A DNA stretch of 64,000 nucleotides from Alphaproteobacteria bacterium (GTDB taxonomy: Bacteria; Pseudomonadota; Alphaproteobacteria; Rhodobacterales; Rhodobacteraceae), in the NCBI GenBank assembly GCA_030424645.1, contig JAUHWP010000002.1, forward strand, positions 4,741 to 68,740, read 5' to 3'. Below the pieces are notes generated by a model that was not told the DNA's origin, made no database searches, and worked only from the letters and a program-made list of their open reading frames with translations. The first letter of the stretch is position 1. Each line of letters starts with the position of its first letter. Below, piece after piece: positions 18,754-25,593 of the stretch. The translations under genes and the position numbers were made by a program.

Positions 18754-20685
18754 GTGTTGATGCAAGTCGAGCACTGCGCCGACGGTGCGGATCAGGTCCG
18801 TGCCCGTCTGCGGATTCTTGCGACAACCGACCTGCACATGCACATCCTGCCTTATGATTATCTTGCGGATCGTCCCGTCGAAGGCTGGGGGCTGACCAAT
18901 ACCGCGGGCCTGATTGCCAAGGCGCGGGCTGAGGAACCTAACACGATCCTTCTGGACAACGGGGATTTCCTGCACGGAACCGCGATGGGTGATCTGGTGG
19001 TCGAACAATACCGCGCCGCGGGCGGGGCGGACAGCCCGGCGGTGCATCCGATGATCGCGGCGATGGAGCATTTGGGATATGACGCGGCCACGCTTGGCAA
19101 TCACGACTTCGATCGCGGGATCGAGGTTCTGTTCGATGCAATCGAACAGGCCGGGTTTCCCGTCGTGTCCGCCAACACCATCCTTCGGCGGGCCGCGACC
19201 CCCTTGCAGGACACGACCCTTGTGCCGCCCTTTGCCTTGCTCAACCGTAAGATCGTCGACAGCAGCAATGTCGAGCGCGACATCCGCATCGGGGTGATCG
19301 GATTTCTTCCCCCCGGATCGCTGAAGCTTGGACATAACTCGGCCGCCGTGCCGCAGACACGGGACATCGTCGAGGCCGCCCGGGCATTCGTGCCCCATCT
19401 GAAAACGCGCGGGGCAGATATTGTCGTGGCGCTGGCACATTCCGGGCTGGGGGACGACACACACAGGGACGGGATGGAGAACGCCCTTCTTCCCCTGTCG
19501 GGTGTGATGGGTATCGACGCGATTGTTGGTGGTCATTCGCATCAGGTCTTCCCTGACCCAACCGCGCCCATGGTCGGACCGGACGGGTTAAGCGATCACC
19601 TGAACCGCGTGCCGACCATCGTGCCGGGGTTCTGGGGCTCTCATCTTGGGGTGATCGACCTTGACCTGACGCATGATGGAACATGTTGGTCCGTCACGTC
19701 AGGGCGGGCGGGGTTGCGAACGGTAACGGTGGCTGACGGGCCTGGCGCCGCGCCTGCGCCGCGGCGGTGCCAGGCGGCGCCAAGGGGATTTCCGAACTGG
19801 TTTCAGGACCTGCATGAAAGCACGTTGCGCCACATGCGCACCCGGATCGCCCGCTGCGCCCACGACACGGAAAATTATTTCGCGCTTGTCGGCGGCGACC
19901 GCGCAACCCGCCTTGTGCAAGACGCCATGCTGGATCACGCAAGACGGTTTCAGGCCGACAGGCTGGGCTGGGACCTGCCGGTTCTCGCGTCCAGCGCGCC
20001 GTTCAAGTCCGGTGGGCTGGCAGGGCCGAACTACTATTCCTGTGTGAAGGCCGGGCAGATGACGCTGCGGTCGCTGTCTGATCTTTACGTATTTCCCAAC
20101 AACCTGACCCTGATCCGGGCAACGGGGGCGTTTCTGAAGACGTGGCTGGAACGGTCGGCCAGCCTGTTCAACCAGGTGCTTGCGGGCGAACGCGCGGTTG
20201 CGCTTAAAGACGATGGCACGCCGGGGTACCTGCTGGAAAGCGTGCTTGGGTTGACCTATCGGATCGACCTGAGCCAGCCCGCGCGCTTCACCCCGGATGG
20301 CGCCGCATCGGGGCTGAGCGGCGGGCGCATTGTCGATCTGCGGCACAAGGGACGGGAGGTGGCCGACACGGACGAGTTCCTGCTGGCCACCAGCGATTTT
20401 CGCGCCTGTGGCGGGGGCGGTTATCCCGTCGCGCCGGACGATCGCGTTGTCGCCCCTCCCTCGCTGGCCATTCGCGATGTGCTGAAAGGGTTTGTTCAGC
20501 GGGCGGGGTTGGTCGACATTTCTGCCGAACCGATCTGGCAGTTTTCCGGGGTGGCCGGTGCAAGTGTCCGGTTCAAATCGTCACCCGCGGCCCGACAGGC
20601 CTGTGGGACCTATCCATGGTTGCCCATCCGCTGCGTGGAAACCAGCGATGCGCGCGGATTTGCGCATTACGAGATGGAACTCTGA
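18754..20685 (+). CDS. bifunctional 2',3'-cyclic-nucleotide 2'-phosphodiesterase/3'-nucleotidase family protein (CpdB/5'-nucleotidase-like)
   Basis: Calcineurin-like metallophosphoesterase motifs TTDLHMH, DNGDFLHG and GNHDF, plus a C-terminal 5'-nucleotidase-type domain. GTG at 18754 with a GAAAGGAA SD. No N-terminal signal peptide is visible. Confidence 0.8.
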   Translation: MLMQVEHCADGADQVRARLRILATTDLHMHILPYDYLADRPVEGWGLTNTAGLIAKARAEEPNTILLDNGDFLHGTAMGDLVVEQYRAAGGADSPAVHPMIAAMEHLGYDAATLGNHDFDRGIEVLFDAIEQAGFPVVSANTILRRAATPLQDTTLVPPFALLNRKIVDSSNVERDIRIGVIGFLPPGSLKLGHNSAAVPQTRDIVEAARAFVPHLKTRGADIVVALAHSGLGDDTHRDGMENALLPLSGVMGIDAIVGGHSHQVFPDPTAPMVGPDGLSDHLNRVPTIVPGFWGSHLGVIDLDLTHDGTCWSVTSGRAGLRTVTVADGPGAAPAPRRCQAAPRGFPNWFQDLHESTLRHMRTRIARCAHDTENYFALVGGDRATRLVQDAMLDHARRFQADRLGWDLPVLASSAPFKSGGLAGPNYYSCVKAGQMTLRSLSDLYVFPNNLTLIRATGAFLKTWLERSASLFNQVLAGERAVALKDDGTPGYLLESVLGLTYRIDLSQPARFTPDGAASGLSGGRIVDLRHKGREVADTDEFLLATSDFRACGGGGYPVAPDDRVVAPPSLAIRDVLKGFVQRAGLVDISAEPIWQFSGVAGASVRFKSSPAARQACGTYPWLPIRCVETSDARGFAHYEMEL

Positions 20686-20688
20686 GGC

Positions 20689-20717
20689 TTGCATCACCTG
20701 TGGCGCCCTCATATATG
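20689..20717 (+). promoter_or_regulatory. candidate sigma-70 promoter of the SRP RNA gene
   Basis: TTGCAT (20689-20694), 17-nt spacer, TATATG (20712-20717), placed just upstream of the predicted RNA 5' end. Confidence 0.45.
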
Positions 20718-20718
20718 A

Positions 20719-20822
20719 GGGGCGAGAGGTTGGCGCGGGCAGGCGCCTCGCCAATCTGGTCAGGTCCGGAAGGAAGCAGCCACAACGAGCCCCGTCTGGG
20801 TCGTGTTCAGCCTCTCACCCAG
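20719..20822 (+). ncRNA. ffs: signal recognition particle RNA (4.5S RNA)
   Basis: Exact match at 20757-20785 to the universally conserved domain IV core GGUCAGGUCCGGAAGGAAGCAGCCAC as I recall it from E. coli 4.5S RNA. The terminal helix GGGCGAGAGG (20720-20729) pairs with CCUCUCACCC (20811-20820). Located upstream of the dnaX-ybaB-recR region, as in many bacteria. The ends are approximate. Confidence 0.85.
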
Positions 20823-20846
20823 TTTCAATTGTGCAGCAATTGAAAC
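20822..20846 (+). other. perfect AT-rich 10-bp inverted repeat (hairpin) at the 3' end of ffs
   Basis: gtttcaattg - tgcag - caattgaaac. No U-tract follows, so it is either a non-canonical terminator or processing hairpin, or a palindromic protein-binding site. Confidence 0.5.
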
Positions 20847-21057
20847 ACCGACAGGCGAAACGTAGTATTGCCGTCACGGAACACCCGGACCCGACCAAGC
20901 AAGGTGCGGGCCAATGAACGGAGGGAAATCATGAGTGTCGACACCCCCCTTCGGGCAGGAATTTGCTAAGCGGGTGTATTCCCCTTCTGCCTGAGCACGC
21001 ACACCCCAAGCCGCGTTGGCGCGCGGGGTGGAACGCCATGCTGACACAGGCAAACCA

Positions 21058-22086
21058 ATGACATATCAATTGACGGACCTTGGATGGTCTTCCTTTTTCC
21101 AGACCCAATGCGACGATGCGGCAGGGCTGACGCCGTATCGGATCACCGAAATTCATCGCAGCCGCATGACCGCGCTGGGCGAAGAAGGTGACGTGACCTT
21201 GACCTCGCCCAAGCTGGCCGCTGGCGAGCTGGCGGTGGGCGACTGGGTGCGGGCCGACCCCGAAATGCGAATCCAGCAGGTGCTGGAACGGAAATCGTTG
21301 TTGCAACGGCGCGCGGCGGGAACCGATGCCCAGACGCAACTGATCGCAGCCAATGTGGACACGCTGTTCATCGTGACCTCATGCAATGACGATTTCAACA
21401 TCGCGCGGATCGAACGGTTCCTGGCGCTGGCGCACGAGGCGGGGTGTTATCCGGTGCTTGTGCTGACCAAGGCCGATCTGTGCGATGATCCGCGCGGGTA
21501 CGAGGCCGAGGCACAGGCGCTGGACCCGATGCTGACCGTCCTGACGGTGAATGCGCGCGACCCCGAGGCCGCCGACGCGTTGGCCGACTGGTGCAAACCG
21601 CCGCAGACGGCGGCGTTCATAGGCTCGTCGGGCGTCGGGAAAACGACGCTGACCAATGCGTTGACCGGGGGCGATGCGGCGACCGGGGGCATTCGCGAAG
21701 ATGACGCCAAGGGGCGCCATGTCACCACCGCCCGCAGTATGCACCCGATGCGCCACGGGGGCTGGATCATCGACATGCCGGGAATGCGGGCCTTGCGGCT
21801 GCTGGACACGCGCGAGGGGATCGACAGCGTGTTCGACGATCTTGCCGAGCTGGAGGCGCAGTGCCGATTCTCGGATTGTGCCCATGACACCGAGCCGGGC
21901 TGCGCCGTGCGGGCTGCGATTGACGCCGGAGAGCTGGACCCTGATCGTCTGGTGCGCTGGCGCAAGCTGCGTGCGGGCGAGGCCAAGAACACCGAAACTA
22001 TCGCGGAAAGCCGGGCGCGGGAGCGGAAGTTCGCGAAGATGGTGAAGGGTGTGACCAAGGGCGCCGGAAAGCGGAAAGGGCGATAA
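21058..22086 (+). CDS. rsgA: ribosome small subunit-dependent GTPase A
   Basis: Circularly permuted GTPase: LTKADL (G4) precedes the P-loop GSSGVGKTTL. C-terminal zinc knuckle CRFSDCAHDTEPGCAV. Start at the ATG at 21058 (MTYQLTDLGW). Confidence 0.9.
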   Translation: MTYQLTDLGWSSFFQTQCDDAAGLTPYRITEIHRSRMTALGEEGDVTLTSPKLAAGELAVGDWVRADPEMRIQQVLERKSLLQRRAAGTDAQTQLIAANVDTLFIVTSCNDDFNIARIERFLALAHEAGCYPVLVLTKADLCDDPRGYEAEAQALDPMLTVLTVNARDPEAADALADWCKPPQTAAFIGSSGVGKTTLTNALTGGDAATGGIREDDAKGRHVTTARSMHPMRHGGWIIDMPGMRALRLLDTREGIDSVFDDLAELEAQCRFSDCAHDTEPGCAVRAAIDAGELDPDRLVRWRKLRAGEAKNTETIAESRARERKFAKMVKGVTKGAGKRKGR

Positions 22087-22160
22087 GGGGGAAGGGGCGT
22101 TGCCCCTCTGCGCTGCGCGCATTCACCCCAGGATATTTTCGGCCAGAAGAAACCGGGATG

Positions 22161-22652
22161 CTAGAGCCCTGACCCGCTTGCCCAGTGCCGTTGTTCGTCT
22201 GTTTCGACGGCGCAGGCGCGCGCGCGGCGCAGGCGGGACAGGGCTGCATCCGGGTCTTCGCCCATGTCGACCATCAGGCGCAACAGCATCATGCCAGACC
22301 GTCCGCAACCGCCCTTGCAATGGGCCAGCACCTTGCCGCCACAGGCCAGCAGGTCTTGCGCCTGCGGCGAGATATCGGCCCATCGCGCGCGAATGTCGGT
22401 GTCGGGCGCCCCGAAATCGCGGATCGGCAGGTGGTGCCAGATGATATCGTTGGCCGAGAGATCGGCCCCAAGCCCGGATGCGCCATGCGCGGCCAATTCG
22501 GCAGAGGTCGTCATCGTCAGAACGAGCGATGGCCGCCATGCCAGAACGGTGGACAGGTTGTCCTTGTATCTGCCCCATCGCCCCGGCAGCGGGCAGATGC
22601 CCAGCCGTCCTTCGCCCAGAGACAGTTCCGAGATGGCGAACCTATCTGTCAT
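22161..22652 (-). CDS. dual-specificity/tyrosine protein phosphatase-like protein (CX5R)
   Basis: 163 aa with the HCKGGCGRSG P-loop (HCX5R) and an upstream IRDFGAP segment that could supply the general-acid Asp. Confidence 0.7.
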   Translation of the reverse strand: MTDRFAISELSLGEGRLGICPLPGRWGRYKDNLSTVLAWRPSLVLTMTTSAELAAHGASGLGADLSANDIIWHHLPIRDFGAPDTDIRARWADISPQAQDLLACGGKVLAHCKGGCGRSGMMLLRLMVDMGEDPDAALSRLRRARACAVETDEQRHWASGSGL

Positions 22653-22762
22653 GTCACGGGTGTATCATGGGGTGCGTGGCGGCTCCAACCCAGAGTTCGG
22701 TGGACGGCGTGGATCGCCCGGCCTAATCTGGCCCGGAACCGAATCCGGCATCGAAGGGTCCC

Positions 22763-24541
22763 ATGTCAGACGCAGCCTCCACCGACACGCCAAAGGCAAA
22801 GCCCTATCAGGTTCTCGCCCGTAAATACCGCCCGGAAACCTTTGCCGATCTGATCGGACAGGAGGCGATGGTCCGCACGCTGAAGAACGCGTTCGAGGCG
22901 GATCGGATTGCGCAGGCCTTCGTGATGACGGGCATCCGGGGGGTGGGAAAAACGACCACAGCGCGGATCATTGCCAAGGGGATGAACTGTATCGGACCGG
23001 ACGGGCAGGGTGGACCAACGGTGTCGCCCTGTGGTCAGTGCGAGCATTGCGTTGCCATTGCCGAAGGTCGTCATGTGGACGTGATGGAGATGGACGCGGC
23101 CAGTCGCACCGGGGTGGACGACATTCGCGAGATTATTGATAGCGTGCATTATCGGGCGGCCTCGGCACGTTACAAGATCTATATCATCGACGAGGTTCAC
23201 ATGCTGTCGAAGAACGCGTTCAACGCGCTTCTGAAGACGCTGGAGGAGCCGCCGGAGCATGTGAAGTTCATCTTTGCGACGACAGAAATTCGCAAGGTGC
23301 CGGTGACGGTTCTGAGCCGCTGTCAACGGTTTGACCTCAGGCGGATCGAGCCTGAAGACATGTTGGCGATGCTGCGTCGGATTGCCGATGCCGAAGGGGC
23401 CGAGATTGCCGATGATGCGCTGGCCTTGATCACGCGCGCTGCCGAAGGGTCGGCGCGGGATGCGCAATCGCTTCTGGATCAGGCGATCAGTCACGGGGCG
23501 GGGGAAACCACCGCCGAACAGGTGCGCGCCATGCTGGGGCTGGCGGATCGTGGCCGGGTTCTGGACCTGATGGACCTGATCATGAAAGGCGATGCCGCCG
23601 GGGCGTTGGCCGAACTGGGTGGGCAATATGCGGATGGCGCCGACCCGATGGCCGTTCTGCGCGATCTGGCCGAGGTGTCGCATTGGGTCAGCGTGATCAA
23701 GATCACCCCCGAGGCGGTCGAGGATCCCACCGTGTCGTCGGATGAGCGTCAGCGCGGTCAAACCATGGCCGAGGCTCTGCCGATGCGGGTCCTGTCGCGG
23801 ATGTGGCAGATGCTTCTGAAAGCGATCGAAGAGGTGTCGGTCGCCCCGAATGCGATGATGGCGGCGGAAATGGCGATCATCCGGCTGACCCATGTGGCCG
23901 ACCTGCCGACGCCGGAGGAGCTGGTGCGCAAGCTAAACGATCAACCGGTGCCGCCCGCCGGGCCGTCCGGGGGGGTGTCTGCGCCGTCCGGCAACGGGGC
24001 GCCCGTGGGCCAGGCCAACCCCGGTCCCCGCATGTCGGGTGGTGGGGCGTCGTCGGGAGCGGGTGCGACGGCTTTGGCGGTGTCGCAAGCCCCGGAAAAC
24101 GCCTTGGCGCGCTATGCAAGGTTTGAGGATGTGATCGAACTGATCCGCGCGAACCGTGACGTGAAACTGCTGGTCGAGGTGGAAGGCGGGGTTCGCCTAG
24201 CGTCTTACGCGCCGGGGCGGATCGAGTTCACGCCGGCGGATGATGCCCCGGCCGATCTGGCGGCGCGTCTGGCGCAACGCCTGCAAGGATGGACCGGGGT
24301 GCGCTGGGGCGTGACGCTGGTCAACGGGTGTGACGCGGCGACCATCACCGAAACGCGGGATGGTGAAAAGCTGGCGCTGGAAGAGCAAGCGGCAGAGCAT
24401 CCGCTGGTTCAGGCGGTGATCGCGCAGTTCCCCAAGGCGCGGATCACCGAAATTCGCACCGCCGCGGATATGGCGGGCGAGGCCGCCGCAGAGGCGCTGC
24501 CCGAGGTCGAAGACGAGTGGGACCCGTTCGAGGAAGAGTAA
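22763..24541 (+). CDS. dnaX: DNA polymerase III subunit gamma/tau
   Basis: GIRGVGKTTTARI Walker A, IYIIDEVHMLS Walker B, zinc module CGQCEHC, SRCQRF sensor, and a long Pro/Gly/Ala-rich tau linker and C-terminal domain. Confidence 0.95.
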   Translation: MSDAASTDTPKAKPYQVLARKYRPETFADLIGQEAMVRTLKNAFEADRIAQAFVMTGIRGVGKTTTARIIAKGMNCIGPDGQGGPTVSPCGQCEHCVAIAEGRHVDVMEMDAASRTGVDDIREIIDSVHYRAASARYKIYIIDEVHMLSKNAFNALLKTLEEPPEHVKFIFATTEIRKVPVTVLSRCQRFDLRRIEPEDMLAMLRRIADAEGAEIADDALALITRAAEGSARDAQSLLDQAISHGAGETTAEQVRAMLGLADRGRVLDLMDLIMKGDAAGALAELGGQYADGADPMAVLRDLAEVSHWVSVIKITPEAVEDPTVSSDERQRGQTMAEALPMRVLSRMWQMLLKAIEEVSVAPNAMMAAEMAIIRLTHVADLPTPEELVRKLNDQPVPPAGPSGGVSAPSGNGAPVGQANPGPRMSGGGASSGAGATALAVSQAPENALARYARFEDVIELIRANRDVKLLVEVEGGVRLASYAPGRIEFTPADDAPADLAARLAQRLQGWTGVRWGVTLVNGCDAATITETRDGEKLALEEQAAEHPLVQAVIAQFPKARITEIRTAADMAGEAAAEALPEVEDEWDPFEEE

Positions 24542-24628
24542 GGCAATCCCGCAGCGCCACGCCTTGTAAGCGGTGCCGCCTGATCGTATCTAGGACTGAA
24601 CCGAGCAGATTTTTTCGAGGAGCGTGAG

Positions 24629-24973
24629 ATGCTGAAGGGACTGGGTGGTCTTGGCGATATGGCCAAGATGATGAAAGCCGCACAAGAGATGCAGACCAAG
24701 ATGTCGGACCTGCAGGAAAGCCTGTCCACCATGACCGTGGTCGGGGAAAGCGGTGCTGGTCTGGTGCGGGCCACCGCCACCGCCAAGGGTGTGTTGACGG
24801 GGTTGGATATCGACCCTTCGATCTTCAACCCGGACGAAAAGGAAGTGGTCGAGGACCTGATCCTTGCCGCGATCAAGGATGCACAAGCCAAGGCGCAGGA
24901 ACGCAGCGAAAACGAGATGTCGCGCCTGACTGAAGAGCTTGGTTTGCCCAAGGACATGAACCTGCCGTTCTAG
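24629..24973 (+). CDS. ybaB: YbaB/EbfC family nucleoid-associated protein
   Basis: 114 aa. [12 protein letters not shown]...[16 protein letters not shown]...IDPS is typical of the family. The dnaX-ybaB-recR order is conserved. Confidence 0.95.
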   Translation: MLKGLGGLGDMAKMMKAAQEMQTKMSDLQESLSTMTVVGESGAGLVRATATAKGVLTGLDIDPSIFNPDEKEVVEDLILAAIKDAQAKAQERSENEMSRLTEELGLPKDMNLPF

Positions 24974-24986
24974 GGCAGGCAGACGC

Positions 24987-25583
24987 ATGTCGGAAGCCCC
25001 GCGTGATATCGAGACCCTGATCGAGCTGATGGCAAAGCTGCCGGGGCTGGGGCCGCGCTCGGCCCGGCGGGCTGTGCTGTATCTGATCCGTAAACGTGCG
25101 CTGGTGCTGACGCCTTTGGCCGATGCGATGCAGGCGGTGGCGGAAACGGCGCGGGAATGCGTGGTGTGCGGCAATGTCTCGACCGCGGATCGCTGCGATA
25201 TCTGCACCTCGGAGAAGCGTGCGATCGGTGAGATTTGCGTGGTCGAGGATGTGGCCGACCTGTGGGCGATGGAGCGCGCGGGCCGGTTCAAGGGGCGCTA
25301 TCATGTGTTGGGGGGCACCTTGTCGGCGCTGGACGCGGTCGGGCCGGATGATCTGGGCATTCCACGGCTGATCCAGCGGGTTCACGATGAAAATATCAGC
25401 GAGGTCATTCTGGCCCTGAATGCCACGGTCGACGGCCAGACCACGGCGCATTACATCGCGGAAGAGCTGGAAGGGCGTTGCGAGGTATCCTCGCTGGCGC
25501 AGGGCGTGCCCATCGGGGGTGAGCTGGATTATCTGGACGAAGGGACGATTTCGGCAGCCCTTGCGGCGCGCAAGCGGCTTTGA
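24987..25583 (+). CDS. recR: recombination protein RecR
   Basis: [11 protein letters not shown] helix-hairpin-helix, C4 zinc finger [16 protein letters not shown], and a Toprim domain. Confidence 0.95.
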   Translation: MSEAPRDIETLIELMAKLPGLGPRSARRAVLYLIRKRALVLTPLADAMQAVAETARECVVCGNVSTADRCDICTSEKRAIGEICVVEDVADLWAMERAGRFKGRYHVLGGTLSALDAVGPDDLGIPRLIQRVHDENISEVILALNATVDGQTTAHYIAEELEGRCEVSSLAQGVPIGGELDYLDEGTISAALAARKRL

Positions 25584-25593
25584 CCCCCACGCC

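Noticed and set aside
22093-22107. Hairpin AGGGGC-gtt-GCCCCT after rsgA.
   Set aside because: The stem is only 6 bp with a 3-nt loop and no T-tract. It is a weak terminator candidate and is not reported as a feature.
22763-24541. Possible programmed -1 frameshift site in dnaX (as in the E. coli gamma subunit).
   Set aside because: Reading the gene, I find no A AAA AAG heptamer or any A6 run. The longest A-run is the P-loop GGG AAA AAC. I recall that in at least one alphaproteobacterium the short DnaX form arises by proteolysis, so a frameshift is not expected.
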